Part shown: positions 33,396-43,300 of the stretch, piece by piece
Numbering within the stretch: position 1 is the stretch's first letter
How the letters are laid out: the number at the start of each line of letters is the position of its first letter
Virus record (IMG/VR): IMGVR_UViG_3300012200_000001
Coordinates: 13,863-77,862 of that record
Length of the DNA: 64,000 bases
Origin: a virus
Lineage: Duplodnaviria; Caudoviricetes
Direction: 5' to 3' (one strand)
The notes under the pieces: generated by a model
Seen by the model: only the letters and a program-made list of their open reading frames with translations
Database searches by the model: none
What the model was told of the DNA's origin: nothing
Translations under genes and position numbers: made by a program

Positions 33396-36300
33396 ATGGC
33401 GACCGACGAGATCATTAAGATAACTTTCGGGCTCGACACAGGTGATGTCGCCTCGAAGGCGGCGGATGCGGGTAAACAGTCCGCTACCGCTTTCGAGGCG
33501 GGGTTTAAACCGAAGATTGACATTGTCCCTATTCCTACGAGCCAGACGGCGGCAAAAGTTGCTTCCTCATATGCGGATGCGATTAGGAAGCTTTTGACGC
33601 CGGAAATTGAGAAATCATTTTTCGACATTGACTTCGCTAAAACAGGTTTCGGCAAAAACATTCACGAAGCGGTCAGGAAAGCTGCCGAGACGGCTCCTCC
33701 AACCCCCGCTGCCCTTCCTGCGATTGATCCAAGAGCGACAGCGGAAACTATTGCCCATGGAATGAAGCCGGTCGTCGCCGGTTTGGAAGCTTTCACCGCC
33801 TTATTGAAGGGTGCCCCGCTGGGGGCAGCTGCTGCACTGGCGGTGCAGGGATTTGCACCAGAGCGAGAGCGGGGGCGGGGCGGCATACCCATTGCTCCGC
33901 CGCTTGGCGGAGCAGCACATGAGACTGAGGCTCAAAGAATAGAGCGAAGACTTGCAGCGATTCCCGGCGCCGTTCCACCTGAACCCAGTGGAGTTGGCGG
34001 CGGCTTAAAAGCAGCCGGTGCGGGTGCCGCCGCAGGAGCTGTGTTTGGCGGCCCCGGATCGATCATCGGCGGTGCCATAGGCGGAGCGCTTGGATTTGCT
34101 ACTCCAGTCCCAGGAGCAACAGCGGCTGGAATTGCTACCGGCATTGTTATTGGCAAGGCAGCCGAGGACGTAACCAAATCTATTTTCGGAGCTGGTGAAG
34201 CTGTCGAGGATATGGCCGAAAAGGCATCTCGATTGGACATCGAGCTGTTGAATATGGCCAAGACGCTGAACACCACGCCAGCGCAGCTCTTGCGAATGCG
34301 CCATGAGGTGGCAGCGACTGGAGGGGATTTCGATAGCTGGGGCCTTTCACTGCAACGGCTGGCGGTTCATGCAAAACAGCAGATGCCGGAGATTGAACGG
34401 CAGGTCGAGCTTTCCAGCGATGTCATAACGGAATCCAATATCAAGGTGGCAGAATCTACGCGCGGTGTTGCAAAGGCGCGAGATGATGAGCAGGCAGGTA
34501 TAGAAAGAGTTGCCAAGACTAGAGGTGAGTTAGAAAAGTTTGAAGCGACGCGCGCGCAGGAGCGAGAGCAACAAGCTCGAGCTGCTGCATTGGCTGTGAC
34601 CGGAGCGCAAATTGGTCTGCGTGGTGCGCAGATGCAACGGGCGCAGGCAGGTATCGGCCTCGCCTTTGCGCCACAAGAAGCACGCCAAGCTGATATCGCT
34701 GGACCATTGACTGTTGAAGGTGCCCGGCTGGGTCGTAGAGGCGCGGGAATTGCTCTTGAAGAAGCCCAAGCGCGTTGGCGACGATTCGATACCGGCGAAG
34801 AAGAAGACCCCGATGTTGTAGAGCAGCGGCAGCGAAGAAAGGAAATTCTGGCAGTCCAGACTGCTCGCCACAATTTTGAAGACAAGAAACTCGCTGAAGA
34901 CAAGGCGGAAACAGCCGAGCAGAAGCGGGTGACGATGAGGGGAGCTGGGCTTGGGCCTGAAGCGCAGGCTCAACAGCAAGCCGATCAAGCTGCTCAAGCC
35001 GAAGACCAAGCCAAGCTGCATCTCGAGCGGGTCACGACCGCTCAAACAGGATTAAAAATTCTACAGGAGACCAACACGCTGCAGATGGAGGGCAATGAAC
35101 TGCAGCGGCAACTAAACGAAGCGTTGCGTAATCAGCTTACTGGGCCGGAGGCAGTGCAGCGAGCGGAAGCAAAGCTGCGAAAGGACATACAAGAACAAAA
35201 GAAGGTTCCGTATGGAGACGTACTAACAGTTCAGAGTGCAATCGAAGCCTTTCAGCGCGGCGAGCCGGTTCCCGGCTTTAAGTTTGAGCAGGTAGAGCCC
35301 GGGGCATTACGCGGCGCGCTCTTTCGTATGGGTGGCGGCAGAGCGAGCGATATTGTTGAGCGGTTGTCTGAGTACATACGCGGTCCAGCAGGAGAAGATC
35401 AGGCCGAGCAGTTACGCGCCATTGCCGAGGTCATCCCCGGTCGGCGTGGTGAGCGGCAACGAATGCAGATGTTGGACTATTTGAAGCTCTCGCCGGAAGA
35501 GCGAGCCGGTTTATCGACACCCAAAGATATCGAAAGGTTTCAGCAGCTAGAATCAACCATGCTGGGCAGGGAACCGGCAGCCCGAGGGTATTTAGCTCAA
35601 CAGGGGATACGAGCCCTTGACGAACAAATGCGCGGGATGGTCACAGGGCTCGAAGGCATAAATGTGGGAGGGAAGGTTTCGGCATTTGGTGAAGCTGTTG
35701 ACCAGATTACGGACGCGGCAAAGCGAGTTGGCATCAATATCCCTGATTATCTTGCCATAGCACAAGGCGCGATCAAGGGAGCTGCAGATGCGCTCCACGA
35801 CGCGGTTGCGAGCAAGGCCGGTGAAATAAAAGCCATTGTAATCGGTCCTCCAACTCCTACTCCAGCTCCTACTCCTACTCCTACTCCTGCAGAGCGAATT
35901 AAGGGTGGGTTTGAAGCAATCGAACAGCAAACCGGTGGTTTGATTTCTGGTCCCGGATCGGAGACTAGCGATTCTATTCCGATCAGGGCTTCGCATGGCG
36001 AGTTCATCATCAAAGCGGAGCGCACGCGAGCATTGGGAGTGTCGTTCTTAAATGCGCTGAATGAAGGCAAGCTTGACTTTGCTAAAGGCGGTATCATTCC
36101 GCGTTTCCAGGGCGGCGGTCCTGTTGTGCGTACGGTGCGCCCGCCCGGTGATGATGAGTATTGGAAATGGGTTGAGGCCAGCGGGATTCGACCAAATCGC
36201 GCGGAATGGAATGAAGTCAAAGCGGCGGGACTAGATCCGAATACATCCTTCGACGCAGACGGCAGCCTCAGCCCAGAGGCCGCAGCTAAGATCAAGACCC

Positions 36301-38111
36301 ACAAGGCAGCAGCACCCAAACCAACCACGACAACGCAGGCGGCCGCCGCAGCGCGCGCCGTAACGCCCATAACGCCAGTCGGGGCCGGTATCAGGTTTGC
36401 ACCAGGCGCACAGCCAGAAGCGCAGCTAAGCGATGAGCAAGTAAGGGACCGTTTGAAGGATCGTGGCTTCAACGTACCGAAGGATGCGACCATCGTTCGC
36501 AATCCATTCTTTCCCGATGACAGCTTCCAGATTCGCCTGCCAAACAGGGGACCGGTGATCCTTATTCCTCCGACCACGGACCCGACTCGGCCGACGACGG
36601 ATTTCCCATCTCGACCACCTGGCCCGCCAAGCAAGCGGGATCTGTCTATCCCCTTTAAGGTGTCGCCCCGCGACCTAGCAACGCCGCAAGAGCCTGTCAC
36701 CAAACCGACGCTTATTCCTTCATCGACGTTGTCGATCCCGGTAGAACGCAAGCCTGGAGAGAGCAAGGCTGATTTTGATGAGCGGGTTCAGCGTTGGTAC
36801 GAAGAAAGGGATAGAGCGGCTCAGCAACGTGGGGACGCTGTCAAAGATGCCACAGGAAAAGTAATTCCGTTAGAGAAGCAGACGACCGACACCGGATTTA
36901 GTTTGTTATCGCCAGCCGAGATAAGGAAACAACTCGAACAGACTGCAGAGGGCCGCAAGACCCTTAAAGAGATTGCTCCCGAGGAAATCCCGCTTCCGCA
37001 ATCGAGGCCGCAAGAGGCTGGACTAGGGGAACTCCCGTTTCCGCGGCCAAGGCCGAAAGAGGCAGGACCACGGGAGCCCATACCTGAGCCTCAAAAGCGG
37101 GTCATGCCGCTTCCGGAAGCCGCAACTATCGAATCAATCGTAGAGCATCTAAAGACGCTCGTTCCGAAGGAGGAGCCGCAGCGCAAACCAACGATGGAAG
37201 AGCTGCGCGAGCAGTTGATCGAGCCGAGCACCCCAGAGCAACGAAAGATCGACCCGAACCTATTCCGTGGTGAACGGACGCCTGACGTTCAGCTAGCCAT
37301 GAAGCGCGAAGAGGAGGAGCGCGAGCGGCGTAGGCGCGAGGAGCAAGAGACCGAGGCGGCGGCGGGTGGCCTCGTTCAGCGATTGCAGGAAGGCGGCCCG
37401 GTTTACGGCTACGATTTTCCAGGTGAGGTGGACCGGCGCGTGGAAGCATTGTCAGCTTTGGCTGCCACGGAGGCCGGTGGTGCCTTGGCCCAAGAGGCTG
37501 GCCTCGGCGACGTCGCTAGGAAAAAGGAAGAACAGGTCTTCCGCCTACAAGGGCCCGAGCGCGAAGACAAGCCCCACGAGGAGCCCGCCGAGGGCAGAGG
37601 CTTCGCAGAGATGGCTAAGGGTTTTCCAGAGTCGCAACAGCCTTACTACTACGAGCGGCGGGGGGAACCGACCCCGCCGGAACTCAGCCTAGCGCAGGCC
37701 GGAGAATCGCTGGAGGATGTGACGTCCGGGGCACATGCCCCAAGCGTCGCGGCGAGTCTGGAGGCATTCGGGTTCAAGCCGAGGGCTTTTAAGTTTGCTG
37801 CGGGTGGTCTTGTGGTCGGCAGTAACGGTACTCGCGTTGATGTGGGCGATGCGATTACGCGTCTTGTGCGACCCGGCTTCCAGAGCGGCGGGATTGTGAA
37901 TGCGGATTTATTCGAGACGGGGTTTGCGGGCGACTCACGAGCTTATTCGGGCGGAGGTCAGAATACGCTTGGATTTCACCAGCTCGATATCCGAACCAAC
38001 GCTGGCGACTTCACCGCTGGTGTGAGTGCGGACACGATGGAGGCCCTGCAAAGGTCTTCACTCGGCGGCAAGCTGACGCAAACGGGGCCGCGTCCCACTT
38101 GGTACAGCTAA
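33396..38111 (+). CDS. Tape measure protein with long Pro/Glu-rich C-terminal region
   Basis: 1571 aa, mostly helical Ala/Glu/Gln-rich, Gly-rich hydrophobic stretch, GGLISGPGSETSDSIPIRASHGEFII motif. Confidence 0.88.
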   Translation: MATDEIIKITFGLDTGDVASKAADAGKQSATAFEAGFKPKIDIVPIPTSQTAAKVASSYADAIRKLLTPEIEKSFFDIDFAKTGFGKNIHEAVRKAAETAPPTPAALPAIDPRATAETIAHGMKPVVAGLEAFTALLKGAPLGAAAALAVQGFAPERERGRGGIPIAPPLGGAAHETEAQRIERRLAAIPGAVPPEPSGVGGGLKAAGAGAAAGAVFGGPGSIIGGAIGGALGFATPVPGATAAGIATGIVIGKAAEDVTKSIFGAGEAVEDMAEKASRLDIELLNMAKTLNTTPAQLLRMRHEVAATGGDFDSWGLSLQRLAVHAKQQMPEIERQVELSSDVITESNIKVAESTRGVAKARDDEQAGIERVAKTRGELEKFEATRAQEREQQARAAALAVTGAQIGLRGAQMQRAQAGIGLAFAPQEARQADIAGPLTVEGARLGRRGAGIALEEAQARWRRFDTGEEEDPDVVEQRQRRKEILAVQTARHNFEDKKLAEDKAETAEQKRVTMRGAGLGPEAQAQQQADQAAQAEDQAKLHLERVTTAQTGLKILQETNTLQMEGNELQRQLNEALRNQLTGPEAVQRAEAKLRKDIQEQKKVPYGDVLTVQSAIEAFQRGEPVPGFKFEQVEPGALRGALFRMGGGRASDIVERLSEYIRGPAGEDQAEQLRAIAEVIPGRRGERQRMQMLDYLKLSPEERAGLSTPKDIERFQQLESTMLGREPAARGYLAQQGIRALDEQMRGMVTGLEGINVGGKVSAFGEAVDQITDAAKRVGINIPDYLAIAQGAIKGAADALHDAVASKAGEIKAIVIGPPTPTPAPTPTPTPAERIKGGFEAIEQQTGGLISGPGSETSDSIPIRASHGEFIIKAERTRALGVSFLNALNEGKLDFAKGGIIPRFQGGGPVVRTVRPPGDDEYWKWVEASGIRPNRAEWNEVKAAGLDPNTSFDADGSLSPEAAAKIKTHKAAAPKPTTTTQAAAAARAVTPITPVGAGIRFAPGAQPEAQLSDEQVRDRLKDRGFNVPKDATIVRNPFFPDDSFQIRLPNRGPVILIPPTTDPTRPTTDFPSRPPGPPSKRDLSIPFKVSPRDLATPQEPVTKPTLIPSSTLSIPVERKPGESKADFDERVQRWYEERDRAAQQRGDAVKDATGKVIPLEKQTTDTGFSLLSPAEIRKQLEQTAEGRKTLKEIAPEEIPLPQSRPQEAGLGELPFPRPRPKEAGPREPIPEPQKRVMPLPEAATIESIVEHLKTLVPKEEPQRKPTMEELREQLIEPSTPEQRKIDPNLFRGERTPDVQLAMKREEEERERRRREEQETEAAAGGLVQRLQEGGPVYGYDFPGEVDRRVEALSALAATEAGGALAQEAGLGDVARKKEEQVFRLQGPEREDKPHEEPAEGRGFAEMAKGFPESQQPYYYERRGEPTPPELSLAQAGESLEDVTSGAHAPSVAASLEAFGFKPRAFKFAAGGLVVGSNGTRVDVGDAITRLVRPGFQSGGIVNADLFETGFAGDSRAYSGGGQNTLGFHQLDIRTNAGDFTAGVSADTMEALQRSSLGGKLTQTGPRPTWYS

Positions 38112-38582
38112 ATGATCACTCTCACCAACGGCACACTGCTAGTTCTTACGCCGCTGTCGGGTTTTGCGTCGCTACAGCTGACACCATTTGCAGCGCGCGG
38201 GCTTACGCAAACTCTTGAATTGATAAAGGGCGGCGGCGGGGGTGGTGGTGGTTGGCTGAGACGTGACGTGAATGGCATTCTGCGCTCCGTCGTAGACACG
38301 CGCTTTCGAAAATACAGAAGCACGGTCACGTGCAAGGACGGCGAAACGCCTTGCCTCGATAATGCGTGGATCGGCGAGCCCGTGCTGGTCAGTTGTGCCT
38401 ACGAGCTGAGCTATCCGACTGGAGCCTCTCCCGGGCGGCCCGTCGTGAGCGGCTCCACACGTACACAGGGCACCGTGACCTATTACCGCCCAGAACTTAC
38501 CATGATGGTTGCGGATATCAGACTGTCATTGCCGGAATGGCAAGCGCAGTATGATTGGCAAATTGATTTAGAGGAGATTTAA
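38112..38582 (+). CDS. Distal tail (Dit-like) protein
   Basis: First gene after the tape measure; LRRDVNG.L....D..FRKY.ST. Confidence 0.65.
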   Translation: MITLTNGTLLVLTPLSGFASLQLTPFAARGLTQTLELIKGGGGGGGGWLRRDVNGILRSVVDTRFRKYRSTVTCKDGETPCLDNAWIGEPVLVSCAYELSYPTGASPGRPVVSGSTRTQGTVTYYRPELTMMVADIRLSLPEWQAQYDWQIDLEEI

Positions 38583-38584
38583 AC

Positions 38585-40759
38585 TTGCCTGCCGGGGGGA
38601 TGGAATACACCTTCTTCTTTGCGTGGGTGCCGCCTGGTACGCCATGGGATGTTTCGCTCGCGCGCTTCGACGAAAACATATTTGATTTAGAGATCAATCA
38701 CGCCGAAGGTCAAATCCCCGAGGCCGTAGTCGAGATCGAGAATCCCCAGATTGGTCTTATTAACCCGGGCCGACAATACTGGGCATGGATCTCGTTCTCT
38801 TACGAAGCGTGTGGTCCACTTCCATTGTTCTACGGGCGGCTCGTTGGCATACCCGAGGATTTAACAGGGACCACGATCAAAATGAAGTTCACCGCGCGTG
38901 ACGCGAATTACATCTATCAGAAGCAGCAGGTGGCACGCTCTCTTAAGAAACTTCCGAATTATGATGCACTCTGCTTCGAAACGTCAAAGCGCGACGATCC
39001 CGATTCGATCCTTGAGGGTTGGTCAGCTTTATATCACGTTGACCGAGTGAACCTCCGCGTGAGCGCAAGTGACATTCTAGTCGGGGAGGACGGCACCATT
39101 ACCTTTGCGGCTCGGGATGTGTTTTACGATAGTTTAAATTTTAGGATTCTCCAATCGCCGCTGGTCGCGATCAACGTCAAGATGGAGGTGCAGTGGGCGC
39201 AACAATATCGTGGCGCGTTTCAGGTCGGGCAATGGGCCTGGCCGACATTGGGCTCGGACCCATTCGTCGGAGAATGGCCGAAGAGCGGGTCAGGGCTGGG
39301 CGGTGGTTGGTCCGCTGGGGTCGCCTGGGCAGGAGAGCGAGACCCAAGCATCGAGCAAGCAGCATTGTTGCAACTAAAGCCGCAGGTGGCATCGATTTCG
39401 TATCAATGGACGAACACGGCGAAGACGCACCGGGAAGGCGACACGATGTCGATCAGTATCAATTCCACACCGCCGTGGGGCAATACAATCGTATTAAAAT
39501 CAGAAACTCAAATGGGCTTGCTCGACCCCAACGCCGTAGACGGATATGGGGACCCGGCTCCGGTTAACAGACCAGCCAAACAGTCGGTTGATTGGTTCTG
39601 CTATCGCACCTTCGCGCTCAACTTTCTGGGCAAACAATCGCTGGCGACCCTCAGTCTTATCTACGCGGCGGATCGGAAGCGCTCAGAGCGACTAGAAATG
39701 ACCATCGCGGCGGATGTGCAGCCGGTACTCATCGATCCGACCGTCATCGAGGATACCGAACAGATCACGCTCAAGAGCGGCGACCTCTCACTGCCCCTCA
39801 TCGATTACCAAAATTGGGACAGCGTCGGAATGGGCGGTTCCGTCACACAGGGATTAATCGTTTTTCCCGACAACCCGCTGGTGCCGGGACAGACATCGTC
39901 GCAGATCGCCTTGAACTCCGGCACCACTGGAATGGTGCAGCCGACGTTCTCCAACATCGCGGGGCAGACTACCGTCGATGGCAGCGTCACCTGGGTCAGT
40001 CTCGGCGAGACGCAGCCAACTGAGGCAGCACAGGACTGGGTAAAGCTGGCGCGCGTGCCGCTCGGGGCGCTATTGCTCCCGAAGCCGGTTTCGGGGGTGC
40101 CCAACTTTGATTCGGTCAAAATTCCAGGTCAGCTCAATTTTCCGCCAACCGGGACCGGCGTGCCCCTCTTCAGCATATTCAGCGCGGGTGGTGGCGGCCC
40201 CGGCGATACGATGTACGAATGCAGCAGTGCAGGCATGCTGGGCGGGAGCGGGCCACAAGCAAGTTTCCGGAACTTCCACAACCCGACCGGGGCGTTTCTA
40301 TATATTTCGATTCAAGCGGGCACGACGGGGCAATTTCACATCAGCTTTCCTGAGACATCGGGCAGTCAAGTAACCGACGGTTCAGTGATCTGGCAATGCA
40401 TTGGGCCCGTGGAGCTGCCGATTGGCGGCTCGCCGGGAATGACGCCAGCCGCCAGCTACTTTTCAACCGACCGCGGGCGGCAGACCATATTGCATGGGTT
40501 TTGCAGAGCCCGCGCCAAGCTGCGCAAACGAGCACGAGCGGTGGAGGTCGCCTTTGATACGCGCTTTGAGGTTGCGGCTCAACTCTCGTGTCGAATGAAT
40601 GGCGCGCTCAGCGATGTCCGACTCCCGGGCGGCAAAGCTTGGGGCAAAGTGATCTCATACAAGCTCAAGGCCAATGGAGACAGCGGAGTAGTCAACGGCA
40701 CCGTTGTCCTTGGCTGCGGTATAGGTCAGAACAACATCGCTCCGGGGTTGCTGGCATGA
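38585..40759 (+). CDS. Baseplate hub/tail tip protein with inserted carbohydrate-binding-like repeats
   Basis: Hub-like N-terminus (F...I.H.EG..P...VEI.NP, LFYGRL.G.P). Repeated SG.TG..QP.F...G.T.DGSV.W units. Confidence 0.7.
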   Translation: MPAGGMEYTFFFAWVPPGTPWDVSLARFDENIFDLEINHAEGQIPEAVVEIENPQIGLINPGRQYWAWISFSYEACGPLPLFYGRLVGIPEDLTGTTIKMKFTARDANYIYQKQQVARSLKKLPNYDALCFETSKRDDPDSILEGWSALYHVDRVNLRVSASDILVGEDGTITFAARDVFYDSLNFRILQSPLVAINVKMEVQWAQQYRGAFQVGQWAWPTLGSDPFVGEWPKSGSGLGGGWSAGVAWAGERDPSIEQAALLQLKPQVASISYQWTNTAKTHREGDTMSISINSTPPWGNTIVLKSETQMGLLDPNAVDGYGDPAPVNRPAKQSVDWFCYRTFALNFLGKQSLATLSLIYAADRKRSERLEMTIAADVQPVLIDPTVIEDTEQITLKSGDLSLPLIDYQNWDSVGMGGSVTQGLIVFPDNPLVPGQTSSQIALNSGTTGMVQPTFSNIAGQTTVDGSVTWVSLGETQPTEAAQDWVKLARVPLGALLLPKPVSGVPNFDSVKIPGQLNFPPTGTGVPLFSIFSAGGGGPGDTMYECSSAGMLGGSGPQASFRNFHNPTGAFLYISIQAGTTGQFHISFPETSGSQVTDGSVIWQCIGPVELPIGGSPGMTPAASYFSTDRGRQTILHGFCRARAKLRKRARAVEVAFDTRFEVAAQLSCRMNGALSDVRLPGGKAWGKVISYKLKANGDSGVVNGTVVLGCGIGQNNIAPGLLA

Positions 40760-41499
40760 GTCCTCCGCTGACCGATCCAGGTGTTCCTTCCTACGTAGGC
40801 ATAGCGGGGCCAACGAATGGTTACGTGAAGCGTGGATATCAAAAATATTACAGCACAGGGACCACGCTGACACCGGGAGAGCCGGGCTATCAGCCGCCGG
40901 GCACGCCGCCCCAGCAGGGCGTTCCCTTTACTCCTCCACCGACGCCCGGAGCCATTGGCGGCGGCATCACGGAGCAGTGGCCGACTGTACCGCCCACGCT
41001 TCCCCCGGAGACGTGCCCGCCGCTGAACTCCGTTTGGTCATCGGGGCCGACCGAGCCCAGTGCGGATCAGATCGGTTACACGCCGCCTGTCAGCAATCCA
41101 AACGACGACGGCCTCACTTTCCCAGTATCATTTTCAGACGTGCGTCTGAAGCAAGAGTGGCACGGCGTCGCGTCAACGATAAACCCAGTCAACCTTACAA
41201 TCTACCAGCGGCAACTGGACCAAATCGTCCACGACGCGGTCGCTTCGGCCAACAGCAGCAAACAGATGAACTTCCCCTCCGTCGGCGGCACCGCAACGGG
41301 AACGATCAATGTTCCCGTTTCGCCTTTCTATGATATCCAGGTCGCCGTTGAGATGGCGGTCCTAAAAGAGATGCTGCAGGGAACAGGCCTTTGGTTCGAG
41401 CTGGTGCTCAAGCCGCTTACGAATGGACCGTTCGCGAACTATTACGTGGTCGACACTACCCCGCTGCAGATTCCGATGGGCATCAATTTGTCCGCATGA
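40756..41499 (+). CDS. Tail tip-associated protein
   Basis: ATGA overlap with the hub gene. Pro-rich N-terminus. Confidence 0.65.
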   Translation: MSPPLTDPGVPSYVGIAGPTNGYVKRGYQKYYSTGTTLTPGEPGYQPPGTPPQQGVPFTPPPTPGAIGGGITEQWPTVPPTLPPETCPPLNSVWSSGPTEPSADQIGYTPPVSNPNDDGLTFPVSFSDVRLKQEWHGVASTINPVNLTIYQRQLDQIVHDAVASANSSKQMNFPSVGGTATGTINVPVSPFYDIQVAVEMAVLKEMLQGTGLWFELVLKPLTNGPFANYYVVDTTPLQIPMGINLSA

Positions 41500-41508
41500 G
41501 ATGAAATC

Positions 41509-41736
41509 ATGCCGCTTGATGATACTGTACGTGCCTATCAGCTACCGACGCCCGCACCGGCACAGTTATATTTGTCGCAATACAATCTCGCGACCAATGC
41601 GCCAGTTTACATCACGCCGGGATTCGGTGGTTCAGGCGGTGGTCAACTGCCGCCGATCCAGACCGGATCGGCACACTACGACATAACAATAACTTCGTAC
41701 ATGGAGCAGGCCGCAGTAGAGGCACGGGAGCAATAA
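41509..41736 (+). CDS. Small tail protein
   Basis: In-operon ORF filling the gap between neighbours. Confidence 0.6.
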   Translation: MPLDDTVRAYQLPTPAPAQLYLSQYNLATNAPVYITPGFGGSGGGQLPPIQTGSAHYDITITSYMEQAAVEAREQ

Positions 41737-41737
41737 G

Positions 41738-42841
41738 GTGGCCTACAGATTCCGCACGCCCGGTCCATGGGGTCCCGGAGAAGCAGAAGACTTACCCCCA
41801 GATGCGATTGACGGTAATTTCTGGCAAGCGATCCAGGATATCGCGGCCAAGGCGGTCGCGGGCGTCGGCATCGCCAACTTCGTCGTGTCAGGCAATCAGT
41901 TCACGGTGGTCTTGACCGACCACACGCTATTAGGACCATACACACTCCCGGTAGTATTGCCGAAATTCAAGGGCGAGTGGCTGCCAGACTATAATTACCT
42001 CGCCGGGGATATCATCTCACACGCCGGAATCACCTATGGCATTAACGTCAATCATCTCAGTGAGGCGACTTTCGACCCGGGCGCAAATACGGATGGGAAC
42101 GATTGGTATACGGTACTGTTGGAAAACCCAGCCCTAATCATCCCAGCCGGTGGTGCCGCTGGGGCTTTCCTACGGAAGATCACGCTCGCCGACTACGACT
42201 TCACCTGGACAACGGCGGCCCTCGCCGATTTGACGGATGTCTCTCTGCCGATTTCTCCCGGTCCGGCTTCGGGCGACGTGTTGACCTTTTCCGGCGGCTT
42301 ATGGACGGCGGCTCCCCTTTCGGCGATGGAGTTGTTGCTCTCGCAGCTAGGCGACGTGGACGTATTGGAGTCGCCGTCACCGACAACCGGCCAACTGTTG
42401 ACGTGGAACGGAACGGCGTGGACGAATGATGATCCAGCATTTCAGCCCACGATAACCGCCCCGACGGCAGGTCAGCTGCTGACGTACGAGGCGGGCGCGT
42501 GGAAAAATACGAACACCGCAAACATTCCGGTCTTAGCTGGCGTCAACGTATTCGGTTCACTCACACTCGACTATTCACAGGGGTCTGTGCAGCGCGTCAC
42601 TATGACCAACGGCGTCACACTAAGCGGCATCACGAACTGGCCCGCCGCAGGACAATTTGGACGGCTCGTGCTGGAAGTGCGCAACACCGGAGCCTACACA
42701 TGGACGTGGCCTACCACATACAAATGGCCGGGAGGTGCTGATCCGGTGGTGTCGGTCAGCGGCAGGGACATCTTTGCGCTCACCACCTTCGATGGCGGTT
42801 CAACCGTGGACGGCAGCGTCATCGGACAAAACTATTTATAG
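41738..42841 (+). CDS. Tail fibre protein
   Basis: Y.AGD.I...G..Y module, repeated L..L.DV......GQLL.W.G..W.N units, and C-terminal TWP..YKWPGG..P. Confidence 0.78.
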   Translation: MAYRFRTPGPWGPGEAEDLPPDAIDGNFWQAIQDIAAKAVAGVGIANFVVSGNQFTVVLTDHTLLGPYTLPVVLPKFKGEWLPDYNYLAGDIISHAGITYGINVNHLSEATFDPGANTDGNDWYTVLLENPALIIPAGGAAGAFLRKITLADYDFTWTTAALADLTDVSLPISPGPASGDVLTFSGGLWTAAPLSAMELLLSQLGDVDVLESPSPTTGQLLTWNGTAWTNDDPAFQPTITAPTAGQLLTYEAGAWKNTNTANIPVLAGVNVFGSLTLDYSQGSVQRVTMTNGVTLSGITNWPAAGQFGRLVLEVRNTGAYTWTWPTTYKWPGGADPVVSVSGRDIFALTTFDGGSTVDGSVIGQNYL

Positions 42842-42856
42842 ACATGCGGGGCTGAT

Positions 42857-43297
42857 ATGGCGGTAGGTGGAAAAGGTCAGATATTCGACAATGATCTGTT
42901 GAAGCTCATTTTCAACGCAACCCCTATCGCCCAAATCGCGGACAACGCCGCAGTTTCGGCCCTGACAAACTTGTATTTCAGTTTGCACACTGGAGATCCC
43001 GGCATCGGCGGCAACCAGACAACGCTGGAGGCCGCGTACACCAGTTACACTCGTGTCGCAGTGGCACGGACCGCCAGCGGATTCGTCGTAACAGGCAACA
43101 GCGCCGTGCTGGCCGGTCCTGTGGCATTTCCGACGCCGAGCGGTGGTGCCGGGGAGATGGATACATTTTTTGCGGTCGGCACGGCAGGCAGCGGTACTGG
43201 CAAAATCCTGTACCGAGGGCCGATCACGCCCATCGTTACGGTCGTTGTGGGATTGGCTCCGGTACTCACCACAGGCACGACGATCACGGAGAACTGA
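42857..43297 (+). CDS. Virion structural beta-sandwich protein (appendage module B)
   Basis: LY.SLHT.DPG......E..YTSY.RVAV.R...FP pattern of small phage fibre proteins. Confidence 0.75.
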   Translation: MAVGGKGQIFDNDLLKLIFNATPIAQIADNAAVSALTNLYFSLHTGDPGIGGNQTTLEAAYTSYTRVAVARTASGFVVTGNSAVLAGPVAFPTPSGGAGEMDTFFAVGTAGSGTGKILYRGPITPIVTVVVGLAPVLTTGTTITEN

Positions 43298-43300
43298 CAA

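Noticed and set aside
35846-35892. CCTACT tandem repeat
   Set aside because: Encodes an ordinary PTPTPAPTPTPTP linker in the tape measure.
35592-37449. Long antisense ORFs over the tape measure (e.g. 35747-36766), and similar shadow ORFs elsewhere (e.g. 53919-54437)
   Set aside because: They lie opposite well-supported genes, lack RBS or family motifs, and are expected in GC-rich coding DNA.
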